A stretch of DNA of 64,000 nt from Candidatus Magasanikiibacteriota bacterium (GCA_903893485.1 CAITMK010000012.1:18708-82707), one strand, 5' to 3'; numbered from the stretch's first letter, positions 1-9,637 are shown. Notes: generated by a model from the letters alone, not told the origin. Made by a program: numbers and translations.

Positions 1-2036
1 TCGGTCGCATCTTCTTCAACGAAATTTTGCACGAACAGCTTCCTTGGTACAACGAAATTATTACCGTGAAGAAATTGGGTGAAATTATCCGTTTTGTTCT
101 CGAAAAAGTTGGTGAAATCGGCGCTGCTCAACAGCTCGATCGCGTGAAAGATCTTGGTTTCCGTTACGTTACCAAATCTGGTTATTCACTTGGTATGGAC
201 GATTTTCCAAAGCTCATTCACAAGGCAGAAATGCTTTCTGGTGGTGATCGCCGCATCGCAGAAATTGAAGTTCAATACGCTGAAGGTTTGCTTACCCAGA
301 ATGAACGTCACAGCAAAATTATTGAAGTTTGGACAGATATTAAAGATCGTATCGTAGCAGGTAACCGCGATGTGCTCGACAAATTCGGTCCAGTGTACGC
401 GATGATTGAATCGGGTGCTCGTGGTTCATGGGGCCAGCTCGCGCAGGTTATCGGTATGAAAGGTTTGGTGCAGTCTCCATCGGGTGACATTATCGAACTT
501 CCAGTTAAGGGCTCATTTAAAGAAGGTTTCGATGTGCTTGAATTCTTTATCTCATCTCACGGTGTGCGTAAAGGTTTGTCTGATACTGCACTTCGTACCG
601 CGAATGCAGGTTACTTGACTCGTCGTTTGGTTGATGTTGCACAAGACGTGGTTGTTTTGGAAGATGATTGTGGAGAAACAGCCGGCGTACTTCTTACTCG
701 TGCAGATTCTGAACAGATCGGTGAAAAACTTACCGAACGTGTACTTGGTCGTTTCTCAATTGCGGATATCAAAGTTCCAGGAGAAAAAACAATTATTACT
801 AAAAAGGGTACCATTATCAACGAAGAAGCATGTCGCCAAATCGATGCACATAAGGTTGATAACATTCAGGTTCGCACCGTGCTCAAGTGTCGCATGCCAA
901 AGGGTATTTGTGTGAAATGTTACGGTTGGGATCTTGGCCACAACAAAGAAGTTCGTCTTGGTCAGGCAGTTGGTATTATCGCTGCACAATCAATCGGTGA
1001 ACCAGGTACACAGCTTACCATGCGTACTTTTCATACTGGTGGTGTGGCAGGTACTGATATCACCAAAGGTTTGCCACGTGTTGAAGAATTGTTTGAAGCT
1101 CGCGCTCCAAAGAAAAAAGCAATCGTTGCTGATGTTGCAGGTCAGGTTGAAGTGTTGTCAGCTGATGGCCGCGTAATCGAATCACCAACCGGACGCCGCA
1201 TTTTCGAAGGCCGTCGTGGTCAGAAGATTGTGAAATTGCGTTTTGAAGGTGTTGATGAAGAACGTTACCGTTTGGAAGAAGGTGACACCGCATACATCAA
1301 GGACGGCAAAAAAGTTAAAAAGGGTGCCAAGCTCATGAACCGCGCAAGTGGTGAAACAATCGAAGCGCAGCATGCGGGTATTGCCAAAGTTGATGACGCA
1401 GCAGTGCGCGTTGTGTTCGAAGGTGGCAACGAAAAAGAATATATCATTCCAATTGGTTACAAATTAACTGTTCGCGATGGCGACATGGTTAATGCCGGTG
1501 ATGCACTTACCGAAGGTCACATTGAACTTCACGAGTTGCACGAACTTAAGGGTAAAGAAGCTGTACAAACTTATATCCTTAAAGAAATTCAGGATATTTA
1601 TTCTTCACAAGGTCAGAAGCTTAACGATAAACACGTCGAAATTATCTTGCGCCAAATGTTTAGCCGTGTGTATGTCACGGAAGCTGGCGAAACAGACATG
1701 ATTCCAGGTGAAATCGTTGAAAAGGCTCAGATCTTTGATGCGAATGTGAAAGTTAAAAAAGGCGAAAAGAGTGCGTTGGGTCGCGAATTGTTCCTTGGTG
1801 TTTCTAAGGTTTCACTTTCAACTCAGTCATTCCTTTCAGCTGCGTCTTTCCAAGACACCGCACGTGTTTTGATCGGCGCTGCAATTACCGGTAAAACTGA
1901 TTTCCTTGAAGGTCTTAAGGAAAACGTAATTATCGGCCGCTTAATTCCAGCAGGTACTGGCTACGAAGAACGCGCCGCAGCAGCATTAGCGCTGGGTGAT
2001 GAAGAAGTCGTAGAAGCAGAAGTCGCTGCGGAATAA
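1..2036 (+). CDS. rpoC: DNA-directed RNA polymerase subunit beta' (RpoC), C-terminal portion; 5' end lies upstream of the window
   Basis: The ORF runs off the 5' edge. Conserved beta' segments are present (MRTFHTGGVAG, trigger-loop/jaw regions, GRLIPAGTG near the C-terminus). Stop at 2036. Confidence 0.9.
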   Translation, partial: GRIFFNEILHEQLPWYNEIITVKKLGEIIRFVLEKVGEIGAAQQLDRVKDLGFRYVTKSGYSLGMDDFPKLIHKAEMLSGGDRRIAEIEVQYAEGLLTQNERHSKIIEVWTDIKDRIVAGNRDVLDKFGPVYAMIESGARGSWGQLAQVIGMKGLVQSPSGDIIELPVKGSFKEGFDVLEFFISSHGVRKGLSDTALRTANAGYLTRRLVDVAQDVVVLEDDCGETAGVLLTRADSEQIGEKLTERVLGRFSIADIKVPGEKTIITKKGTIINEEACRQIDAHKVDNIQVRTVLKCRMPKGICVKCYGWDLGHNKEVRLGQAVGIIAAQSIGEPGTQLTMRTFHTGGVAGTDITKGLPRVEELFEARAPKKKAIVADVAGQVEVLSADGRVIESPTGRRIFEGRRGQKIVKLRFEGVDEERYRLEEGDTAYIKDGKKVKKGAKLMNRASGETIEAQHAGIAKVDDAAVRVVFEGGNEKEYIIPIGYKLTVRDGDMVNAGDALTEGHIELHELHELKGKEAVQTYILKEIQDIYSSQGQKLNDKHVEIILRQMFSRVYVTEAGETDMIPGEIVEKAQIFDANVKVKKGEKSALGRELFLGVSKVSLSTQSFLSAASFQDTARVLIGAAITGKTDFLEGLKENVIIGRLIPAGTGYEERAAAALALGDEEVVEAEVAAE

Positions 2037-2053
2037 TTTTCGCTCGAAATTAG

Positions 2054-2080
2054 AAAAAGCCCCGGAAACGGGGCTTTTTT
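2054..2080 (+). terminator. Rho-independent terminator after rpoC (aaaaagccccg-gaaa-cggggctttttt)
   Basis: GC-rich 6-bp stem with GAAA loop followed by a T6 run. An identical 27-mer recurs at 3653-3679. Confidence 0.8.
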
Positions 2081-2104
2081 GTATTATGATATACTGTAAA
2101 TAAT

Positions 2105-3640
2105 ATGAAAAAAGTTCTTTCAAAAATAATACTTCTAAGTATTTTAATAATGCCTGCGGCTGCGTATGCAGATACAACAGCTGCTAATCCTGGAATTGGG
2201 TATAATGATTTTACCCCAGCGGATAAGCAGGCGCTTACCACAGCATTACCAATGGCTGGTTTTGCTCAAAAAATGATAAGCCCTGCACAAGATGCAGCGC
2301 AGTTACGTGCATGGCATAATCCACAGATTTCAAATGGCCGCGTTGCAGTAGAGGAAACGGTTGTAAATGTTGTTGAAAGATCAAAACTGATTGATTCGAT
2401 TAAAGAAATGGTGCAGAAAGTTGCCGATCAATATCCAGATATGGCAGCCGCGACATCATCAAGTGAGATAGTTGCGGCACACCCAGAATTTGAATCTAAG
2501 TTTGCAGAAGTGTTGGCACACACATTTACGTTAGATGAATTGCAGCTTGAACAGGGAAGCGAAAAGATTCAAATTCATGTTTACAACTTACATAATCCAA
2601 AGGAAGAGTTTGTAATTCCAGCTCAAGATCATGAGTTACACTTGGGTATGATTAGGGCTCCGACGTGGTCACTCGGCCCAGCTGGATTAGCATGGATAGA
2701 TAATACCGTAAGTACCGATTCAAAAACGGTAACACAGAAAATTAATTATTTTGATTTTAAAACTAATAAGAATCGCATTCTTTTAACGCAACAGAATAAG
2801 AGTGATTCACGGATTAGTAATATCCAGGCTCAATATCAAACAATTGATCTGGCTTTTAACGGCGCAAAAGCTACAAGCGGAACCATTTTTGATCTTGTTC
2901 ACAATAAATCGATATTGGTAAATTTACCATTAAAACCAATTCAAGGCTTGTCTACAGAATCAGAATGGAATATCAAGTTATTGCGTGGTGTTATGAGTTT
3001 TGTCTCAGGCTCACATTATATTGCAAATATTGAAAAAATCGATAAAAATAGTTCGACCGTTCGACTGTTAAATATAACGACGGGTAAAACGAAAAAAATT
3101 ACAATTCCAGGCGCAATAAGTGCAGCACGTATTTATGGTGAAAATTTAGTTGCGACCGTATCCGATGGCCCAACCAATTTACTGACAAGTGTGTGGGAAT
3201 ATTCAATGCAAAAAAATAAAGCAAGAAAAATTTCTGTAACAGATCAGGGCGCAAAAATCACAGCACTTGAAGGTGATGAAATTATATTATTGCCAGCTAC
3301 TCGCACGGATAATTTTATTTTGCAGCTCATTGTAATGAATCGTTTGACAGGCAAAAACAAGGTGATGGCATATCCAAGTTCCACATATTCAATGTATAGT
3401 TATCGCGTTGAAACCGGTATTCAAAAAGCAACGGATGATTTGGCGAAACAATATGGCGTGGAAAATGTTTCGTTGAACGGTTATACAACAGGCGACTTTA
3501 TTGGTGTGCAAAAACCATCTTCAATTAAGACAAGTGATATTCAAGGTACATACTGGGCGCAACAGCTTGCAAGTCTTGAAAAAATGAAAATAGATTTGAT
3601 GAGTAGTATTTCAGCACTAACAATTTATTCAGCAAAATAA
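2105..3640 (+). CDS. hypothetical secreted protein (511 aa) with N-terminal signal peptide
   Basis: N-terminus MKKVLSKIILLSILIMPAAAYA looks like a Sec signal. No recognisable catalytic motifs. Preceded by TGaTATACTG at 2086-2095, 9 nt before the ATG. Confidence 0.6.
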   Translation: MKKVLSKIILLSILIMPAAAYADTTAANPGIGYNDFTPADKQALTTALPMAGFAQKMISPAQDAAQLRAWHNPQISNGRVAVEETVVNVVERSKLIDSIKEMVQKVADQYPDMAAATSSSEIVAAHPEFESKFAEVLAHTFTLDELQLEQGSEKIQIHVYNLHNPKEEFVIPAQDHELHLGMIRAPTWSLGPAGLAWIDNTVSTDSKTVTQKINYFDFKTNKNRILLTQQNKSDSRISNIQAQYQTIDLAFNGAKATSGTIFDLVHNKSILVNLPLKPIQGLSTESEWNIKLLRGVMSFVSGSHYIANIEKIDKNSSTVRLLNITTGKTKKITIPGAISAARIYGENLVATVSDGPTNLLTSVWEYSMQKNKARKISVTDQGAKITALEGDEIILLPATRTDNFILQLIVMNRLTGKNKVMAYPSSTYSMYSYRVETGIQKATDDLAKQYGVENVSLNGYTTGDFIGVQKPSSIKTSDIQGTYWAQQLASLEKMKIDLMSSISALTIYSAK

Positions 3641-3652
3641 TTTTTTGAAGGT

Positions 3653-3679
3653 AAAAAGCCCCGGAAACGGGGCTTTTTT
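3653..3679 (+). terminator. Rho-independent terminator, exact copy of the 2054-2080 terminator
   Basis: Same 27-nt sequence aaaaagccccggaaacggggctttttt. Confidence 0.8.
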
Positions 3680-3717
3680 GCATTGAACATTTTTTGTGTT
3701 CCTGGTATTATTATGCC

Positions 3718-4434
3718 ATGTCAGGGCATTCAAAATGGTCAACAATTCAAGCATCGAAAGGCGTTGCAGATAAGCGTCGTGCGGTTATTTTTGCAAAATA
3801 CGCGCGGCTAATTGCAATTGCTGCCAAAGAAGGTGGCGGGCCCGATCCTGTGAAAAATTTTAAATTACGCGTTGCGGTCGAAAAGGCGCGCGGCGTGAAC
3901 ATGCCAAAAGAAAACATTGATCGCGCAATCGCCAAAGGCGCGGGCACTGGCGGCGCCGATGATGTCGAGTCAGTTATGTACGATGGTTTAGGGCTTGGAG
4001 GCCGTCTTGCGATTTTAATCGAATGCGCAACAAACAACACAAATCGTTCTGTAGGAAATGTTAAAAATGCGCTGGTAAAGCAAGGCGCCGCAATGGGTGC
4101 ATCGGGCAGCGCAGCATGGATGTTTGATCGCCGCGGCGTGATTCGCGTTGACCAAAAAATTTCAGAAGATCAAGAACTGCAATTAATCGACGATGGCGCG
4201 GTTGATTTTATTGAAGAAGATGGCGGTACAACCATTTATACGCTCACTGAAAAATTTTGGATTGTGATGCAGCGGTTGGCAGAGTGGGGAATCGCAACGC
4301 AATATTCAGAACTTGATTGGGTTCCAAAAAATCCAGAACATTTTACCGAAGAAGAAAACGAAAAAATTCAAAAAATTATTGAAGCATTGGAAAGCACCGA
4401 AGACGTCGAAAGCGTTTACACAAATGCGGGATAA
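3718..4434 (+). CDS. yebC: YebC/PmpR family DNA-binding transcriptional regulator
   Basis: MSGHSKWSTIQ...KRRAVIFAKYARLI...GGGPDPVKNFKLRVAVEKARGVNMPKENIDRAI is the characteristic YebC N-terminus. Start chosen at the MSGHSKW Met. TGgTATTAT lies 6 nt upstream. Confidence 0.85.
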   Translation: MSGHSKWSTIQASKGVADKRRAVIFAKYARLIAIAAKEGGGPDPVKNFKLRVAVEKARGVNMPKENIDRAIAKGAGTGGADDVESVMYDGLGLGGRLAILIECATNNTNRSVGNVKNALVKQGAAMGASGSAAWMFDRRGVIRVDQKISEDQELQLIDDGAVDFIEEDGGTTIYTLTEKFWIVMQRLAEWGIATQYSELDWVPKNPEHFTEEENEKIQKIIEALESTEDVESVYTNAG

Positions 4435-4440
4435 AAAAAT

Positions 4441-4479
4441 ACCGGATGGCGCACGAGTTATGTGCGAACATCCGGGTTG
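4441..4479 (-). terminator. Rho-independent terminator for the minus-strand GC-rich cassette A gene
   Basis: accggatg...catccggt stem, followed by a T7 run when read on the minus strand. Confidence 0.6.
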
Positions 4480-4496
4480 TGGCCAAGGCCGATGGC

Positions 4497-4850
4497 TCAG
4501 GTGATGATCCGTTCGTTGGTGACCCAGTAGAGCACGCGCGCCCATTTGGACGACGCGTACATGAGGAAGAAACACAGCAACGCGATCGGCAGTTGCCAGA
4601 TCAAAGCGCAGCAGCCAACGGCCACGAGGAGCCAAATCGCCAACATGGCAAAGCCGTTGTTTTGCAGTTCGTGCATGATATTCCAGCCGCACATGATGCC
4701 GCCGAACAGCCCGACCGCTTTGCGCAGTTCCGGAATGTCGTCGACCGTCATGTGTTTGGTGGTCATCATGATCATGTACACAATCACGATGCCCGTAAGG
4801 CCAATAAATCCGTCCCGCAAAAAGCGGTCCACCTTCCGATACAATTGCAT
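4497..4850 (-). CDS. small integral membrane protein (118 aa, ~3 TM helices), GC-rich cassette A
   Basis: Start MQLYRK sits 5 nt behind a GGAGGAAGG Shine-Dalgarno. Hydrophobic stretches IGLTGIVIVYMIMM, AVGLFGGIMCGW and FAMLAIWLLVAVGCCALIWQLPIALLCFFL. Local GC is ~60% against a ~42% background. Confidence 0.55.
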   Translation of the reverse strand: MQLYRKVDRFLRDGFIGLTGIVIVYMIMMTTKHMTVDDIPELRKAVGLFGGIMCGWNIMHELQNNGFAMLAIWLLVAVGCCALIWQLPIALLCFFLMYASSKWARVLYWVTNERIIT

Positions 4851-4960
4851 GCCTTCCTCCCGAGGTTCCCGCCCAAAATGATTTAAGGGGGAAAGCCATT
4901 GTCTCACATCTGTGGGCGTTGTCAAGAGTGGTACTTTTTTGCTACTGTGTAAGTACAAAT

Positions 4961-5434
4961 ATGATTATTTTTGGAATTGACCCGGGCTATCATCGCGTTG
5001 GTTGGGGTGTGGTAGATCGCACAGGCCGAACGGTTACGGCGCAGGAATGGGGTTGTATTGAAACTAACCCAAAAGACGATTTGCCCGAGCGTCTTTTGCA
5101 AATTTATCAGGAAATTAAAGCGATTTTAAAAAAACATAAACCAGCGGCCGTGATTTTGGAAAAATTATATTTTGCGCAGAATACCACTACGGCACTTAAG
5201 GTTTCTGAGGCTCGCGGCGTGCTTTTGCTTGCAACTGCCGAGTTAAAAATCCCTGTTTTGGAGCTGACGAATTCTCAAATTAAGTCCGGTTTTACTGGGT
5301 TTGGCGGCGCTAAAAAATTTCAAATGCAAGAAATGGTTCGACTAGTTTTTGGTATGAAAGAAAAGATAACACCTGACGATGCGGCTGACGCGCTTGCCAT
5401 GGCATATGTGGGGGCTTGGCGTATTGGAAAATAG
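4961..5434 (+). CDS. ruvC: crossover junction endodeoxyribonuclease RuvC
   Basis: MIIFGIDPGYHRVGWGVVDR is the RuvC N-terminal motif; later acidic catalytic residues are present; ~157 aa. Confidence 0.85.
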   Translation: MIIFGIDPGYHRVGWGVVDRTGRTVTAQEWGCIETNPKDDLPERLLQIYQEIKAILKKHKPAAVILEKLYFAQNTTTALKVSEARGVLLLATAELKIPVLELTNSQIKSGFTGFGGAKKFQMQEMVRLVFGMKEKITPDDAADALAMAYVGAWRIGK

Positions 5435-5473
5435 ATTGACGGACGAGGTTTTCACCAGTAAGATACCCACAAT

Positions 5474-6883
5474 ATGAATAAGCCCGTAGTCATTATCGGT
5501 GCCGGCCCGGCTGGCCTTACTGCCGCCTCCGAGCTGGTGGATCGCGGCGTCCCTGTGATTATCCTGGAAAAAACTGGGCGTGTTGGCGGCATCGCCCGCA
5601 CTGACGAATACAAGGGATACCGCTTTGACATTGGCGGCCACCGTTTTTTTACGCGCGTGCCGTGGGTCATGGAATTTTGGAAAAAAATAATGGGCGACGA
5701 TTTTTTACGCCGTCCGCGCCAAAGCCACATTTATTATCGTCGCGAATTTTATACGTACCCAATTAAACCATTCGAAGCGCTCCGCAAATTTGGGTTCAAA
5801 GAATCGGTTATCGTAATGTGGAGTTTTGGTAAGGCACAATTGTTTAAGCGCCCAACCGAAGAAACATTTGAAGATTATATCGTTAATCATTTTGGCGAAC
5901 GATTATTTCATCATTTTTTTAAATCGTACACCGAAAAAGTGTGGGGAATTCCAACGAGCGAAATCCGCGCCGAGTGGGCAGCGCAGCGTATCAAAGGCAT
6001 GAGTATTTGGGGCATGTTAAAGTCCGCGCTTTTGCCAACAAGCAATAAATTTACATCGCTCATAGAAGAATTTTATTATCCACGGCTTGGTCCGGGCCAA
6101 ATGTGGGAAAAATTAGCGGCCAAACTTTTGGTCAGCGGTTTGGTTACATTGCATTACAATGCAGAGCCAACAATTTTGCATCACGAAAATGGTGAAGTCA
6201 CCAGTGTGACATATAAAATCGGAAAAATTTTACATACCACAGAATGTCGCGCGGTAATTTCAACCATGCCGCTGCGCGAATTGTTTCATATTTTTTCGCC
6301 AGCGTTGCCGCCAGATGCAATTACTGCCGCAGACCGATTGCATTACCGCGATTTTTTAACGGTTGCACTTATCATTAATAAGGCCGACATGTTTCCAGAC
6401 AATTGGATTTATATTCACGATCCAAATGTGCGCATGGGCCGCATTCAAAATTTTAAAAATTGGTCGCCAGAATTGGTGCCAGATCAAACTAAAACTTGTT
6501 TGGGTTTGGAATATTTTTTGTTCGATACCGAAAAAATGTGGCGTATGCCTGATCATGAATTGGTAAATATGGCCGCGCAGGAATTGGTGCGAATTGGTTT
6601 GGCAAAGCGGGCCGAAATTACGGATGGCTGCGTGGTGCGTATGCCAAAAGCATATCCAACCTACGATCCAGATTACGAAGCAGCAATGCCGCAAATTCGT
6701 GCGACGCTTGCAGAATTTAAAAACTTGTTTCCGGTAGGCCGCAACGGCATGCACAAATATAACAACCAGGATCATGCTATGGTTACGGCAAAATATGCCG
6801 TTGAAAATCTGTGCGATAATGCGGGCCACAACATTTGGGAAGTAAATGTTGAACGCGTATACCACGAACAGACAACGAAGTGA
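5474..6883 (+). CDS. FAD/NAD(P)-binding oxidoreductase (amine-oxidase/PPOX-like fold), 469 aa
   Basis: N-terminal dinucleotide-binding motif VVIIGAGPAGLTAA...ILEKTGRVGGIARTDEYKGYRFDIGGHRFF. Confidence 0.6.
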   Translation: MNKPVVIIGAGPAGLTAASELVDRGVPVIILEKTGRVGGIARTDEYKGYRFDIGGHRFFTRVPWVMEFWKKIMGDDFLRRPRQSHIYYRREFYTYPIKPFEALRKFGFKESVIVMWSFGKAQLFKRPTEETFEDYIVNHFGERLFHHFFKSYTEKVWGIPTSEIRAEWAAQRIKGMSIWGMLKSALLPTSNKFTSLIEEFYYPRLGPGQMWEKLAAKLLVSGLVTLHYNAEPTILHHENGEVTSVTYKIGKILHTTECRAVISTMPLRELFHIFSPALPPDAITAADRLHYRDFLTVALIINKADMFPDNWIYIHDPNVRMGRIQNFKNWSPELVPDQTKTCLGLEYFLFDTEKMWRMPDHELVNMAAQELVRIGLAKRAEITDGCVVRMPKAYPTYDPDYEAAMPQIRATLAEFKNLFPVGRNGMHKYNNQDHAMVTAKYAVENLCDNAGHNIWEVNVERVYHEQTTK

Positions 6884-6887
6884 TATA

Positions 6888-6916
6888 TTGACGCGCATTC
6901 ATAAAAATGCTAACGT
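6888..6916 (+). promoter_or_regulatory. sigma70-like promoter TTGACG-17-TAACGT for cassette B
   Basis: Hexamers sit 17 nt apart immediately after the stop of the upstream gene. GGAGG Shine-Dalgarno at ~6943-6947. Confidence 0.4.
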
Positions 6917-6952
6917 ATTCATCATGTGGCGCGACCACGATGGAGGTTTCTA

Positions 6953-7708
6953 ATGGATTTTGAACGGTCTCATCAAATTCGCCTTGCGCTCGAAGCTGCA
7001 TTTGTGGCAGCGCAAGGCAAACCTGTGGCAATGATCGTGGGTATCGGTGACGTCGGCAAGGGTGTTGCGGCAATGATTCGGCGCATGTCGCCCTTGCATC
7101 ATCTAGTCCTGGTGAACCGGGGCGCTCAGCGGCTTGCCGCGGTTCGTCTCGATCTGGATCTCAGCGACACGCCAGGCGGGCCAATCAGCACCATCGAGCT
7201 CGATCCGGGCAACCCGGCCGAACTTGATGTGCTCAAAGGCTGGCTGCAGCAGACGGTGAATCAAATTGATTTACTTGTATTGGCTGCGGGCTGCGCGGTG
7301 CCGGATGAGGGTAGCGAGCCAGCGTACGCGGCGAATCGCCCAAACTGGCAGCTCAAGACCAGCGTCATCGACGCGGTCGCGCAGTACGTCCACCACCTCG
7401 TTGTTGTGGGGTCCATGGTCACGCATTTGCCGGAGGCGGATGTACAGAGCCAGATCGGCTATCGCACGAGCATGCGGGAGCTTGAGACTCGCGTGAGTCA
7501 GCTGCAGGTTTGGATGCGTGGCGAGAATGTCAATCCATTCCTGGCTGAGCACGTGTTCGTCTGGCCGTGCCAGCTCGTCCAGGGCGCGACCGCCGAGAAG
7601 TACAAGGGTCTCGGTTTCGTGCATGAGAGTCAGGAAATTTGGACGCCTCAGGCGCATGCCGAGGCGACGCTCTGGCCTTTCATCCGTGGGTGGTGGCCGC
7701 TGCAGTAA
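6953..7708 (+). CDS. hypothetical NAD(P)-binding Rossmann-fold protein (SDR-like), GC-rich cassette B (251 aa)
   Basis: GGAGG Shine-Dalgarno 6 nt upstream of the ATG at 6953 (the ORF track starts at an in-frame GTG at 6926). Glycine-rich AMIVGIGDVGKGVA motif and an IDLLVLAAG (NNAG-like) segment. ~63% GC. Confidence 0.5.
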   Translation: MDFERSHQIRLALEAAFVAAQGKPVAMIVGIGDVGKGVAAMIRRMSPLHHLVLVNRGAQRLAAVRLDLDLSDTPGGPISTIELDPGNPAELDVLKGWLQQTVNQIDLLVLAAGCAVPDEGSEPAYAANRPNWQLKTSVIDAVAQYVHHLVVVGSMVTHLPEADVQSQIGYRTSMRELETRVSQLQVWMRGENVNPFLAEHVFVWPCQLVQGATAEKYKGLGFVHESQEIWTPQAHAEATLWPFIRGWWPLQ

Positions 7709-7736
7709 CGGACACCCTTTGTGTCCAACGTCCGTA

Positions 7737-7770
7737 TGTTGCCAGTTTGGCAGCGTGCGGCGTTTTTTTA
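7737..7770 (+). terminator. putative terminator closing cassette B
   Basis: Short gcca/tggc stem followed by gcgtgcggcgttttttt (T7). Confidence 0.35.
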
Positions 7771-7788
7771 TGCTACAATAAATCCACT

Positions 7789-8451
7789 ATGACAGAACAA
7801 AAATATGCAGTTGTAACGGGCGGCTCTGAAGGTGTTGGATTTGCCGTGGCGCAAATGCTCGCAGGCCATGGAATGCATGTAATCCTTTTAGCGCGCGACA
7901 AAGAAAAATTAGCTGCAGCTCATACGGCGCTCGGTGGCGGCGAAAATATTTCTGTTTTTAGCGTTGATGTTTCAAACGAGGGTGCGATTGCTGAGGTAAA
8001 AAATTATATCTCCGTTGTGACTGGCCAAATCGATGTATTAGTTAACGCAGCCGGTACGTTTCGTTGGGATCCGTCCGATATTAATTTAATGACACTGAAT
8101 GCTGATAGTAAAGAATTCATACTTCACGCGTTTCACGATTTGATTATTCCAGGAAGTTTTGTAATAAATATTAGTTCGCAAGCAGCGCTATTTGCGCCGG
8201 AAGATCCACGTCGCACGGGTGAAGAAGAATATGTTGCGTCAATGCAGCGCGTCGATGCTTTGTCAGCAGAATTTGCAGCGAAACATCCCGGAGTTCATGT
8301 GCATATTTCTCATCCACCACTGATGCGCGGTAAAATTGCGGAATCACAATTTCGCGGGCGTCCTGGCTTTGAAGATATAAATTTTGATACGCTTCCGGGT
8401 CCAGAAATTGTTGCCGATGAAATTGAAAAAGTCATTTTTGGAACGGTGTGA
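7789..8451 (+). CDS. SDR family short-chain dehydrogenase/reductase
   Basis: MTEQKYAVVTGGSEGVGFAVA is the TGxxxGxG cofactor motif; NAAG region; ~220 aa. Confidence 0.7.
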   Translation: MTEQKYAVVTGGSEGVGFAVAQMLAGHGMHVILLARDKEKLAAAHTALGGGENISVFSVDVSNEGAIAEVKNYISVVTGQIDVLVNAAGTFRWDPSDINLMTLNADSKEFILHAFHDLIIPGSFVINISSQAALFAPEDPRRTGEEEYVASMQRVDALSAEFAAKHPGVHVHISHPPLMRGKIAESQFRGRPGFEDINFDTLPGPEIVADEIEKVIFGTV

Positions 8452-9188
8452 TCGGTGTTTTCGATTCTGGCTCGGGCGGACTTTCTGTTTTAGTTGCAAT
8501 TAAAAAAGTCGCGCCAGAGCTAGATATTGTTTACTTTGGCGATCTTACAAACATGCCATATGGCGCAAAATCACCGCAAGAATTATTTGATTTAACGTTA
8601 CGGGGATTTAAAATATTACGCGCCGCCGGAGCTACACAATTGGTGAGCGCGTGTAATAGTATTTCCGCGTCAGTCATTCGGCCCCTCATGCCAGATGAAG
8701 GAATTATCGAAATGGTTGGCCCGGCGGTAAGGGAATTGCTTGCGCGCCAAGTTAAACGCGTTGCAATTGTCGCGACGCCCGCGACTGTTGAATCTGGCAT
8801 CTATGATAGTGCTTGCGCCGCCGTTGGAATTCAAGCGACAATGATTGCGTGTCCGAAATTAGCTTTCGCAATCGAATACGATAATGCTGAAATAATTAGG
8901 GAAGAAGTTTTTGCGGCGTGTGAAAAAATCAAGGCAGCACGAGCAGATGCAATTTTATTAGGGTGTACACACTATCCATTTGCGCGTGGCATATTTACAG
9001 AATTTTTGCCTACAAATTTTGAAATTATTGACCCAGCATTTGCAGTTGCAGCAGAAGTTATAGCTAAATGCGGTAGTGAGGGAAGTGGCAAATTAAAAAT
9101 TATCACTTCCAAAGAAAGTGATAATTTTGGTTCGCGTATTGAAAATTTATTTGGTACCAAGCCTATGCTGCTTGGCCAAAATCCCTAG
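8448..9188 (+). CDS. murI: glutamate racemase MurI
   Basis: IGVFDSGSGGLSVL, VYFGDLTNMPYG and GCTHYP motifs. GTG start overlaps the SDR stop by 4 nt. Confidence 0.85.
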   Translation: MIGVFDSGSGGLSVLVAIKKVAPELDIVYFGDLTNMPYGAKSPQELFDLTLRGFKILRAAGATQLVSACNSISASVIRPLMPDEGIIEMVGPAVRELLARQVKRVAIVATPATVESGIYDSACAAVGIQATMIACPKLAFAIEYDNAEIIREEVFAACEKIKAARADAILLGCTHYPFARGIFTEFLPTNFEIIDPAFAVAAEVIAKCGSEGSGKLKIITSKESDNFGSRIENLFGTKPMLLGQNP

Positions 9189-9603
9189 TCGGTTCAAAGG
9201 CATTTGTGATGCGCGCCATTCGCTGGCTATAAGTCTCAGGATCATATTTGGTCGGGGTTCGTATGAGCTCAGCATTGTGTGTTTCTACAAGCGCTTTTGT
9301 AGCAGCCTCTGCTGTTACGTCTGCAGCAACTTTTTCTGCAGCAACTTCAGCGGCAGGCTTTGTTGACTGCTCCGCCTTGGTTATATATGAAGCCAGCCGA
9401 CTCAACTCTTCGGCATCATGAGGATCTTTTGCATCAAGTTTTAATTCTCCCAAAAGTTTTTGGGCTCGTGCAATTGCTTCTGGAGCGCGTGATTTTAAAT
9501 TTGGATTATTCGAGACATCATCAAGTGTTTGACGCATGCGGTCAACACGCATAAAAATGGCGGAAGGTTTGTTTGATAAAGTTTTCGGCGAATCCATAGA
9601 CAT
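9163..9603 (-). CDS. hypothetical protein with Ala/Glu-rich low-complexity C-terminal half
   Basis: ORF on the minus strand convergent with murI; the 3' ends overlap by 26 nt. Start chosen at MSMDSPK. Confidence 0.45.
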   Translation of the reverse strand: MSMDSPKTLSNKPSAIFMRVDRMRQTLDDVSNNPNLKSRAPEAIARAQKLLGELKLDAKDPHDAEELSRLASYITKAEQSTKPAAEVAAEKVAADVTAEAATKALVETHNAELIRTPTKYDPETYSQRMARITNAFEPTRDFGQAA

Positions 9604-9637
9604 ATAGATAAGTATACCATGCACCGATTATCCACAT

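Noticed and set aside
4306-4899. 197-aa minus-strand ORF and 146/111-aa plus-strand ORFs overlapping cassette A
   Set aside because: These are alternative frames of a 60%-GC stretch with Arg/His-rich junk composition and no Shine-Dalgarno. The 118-aa frame with GGAGGAAGG-5nt-ATG and clear TM helices is preferred.
6926-6952. GTG start at 6926 for the cassette B protein (ORF-track start)
   Set aside because: The in-frame ATG at 6953 is preceded by GGAGG at optimal spacing, and the GTG lies within the predicted 5' leader or at the TSS.
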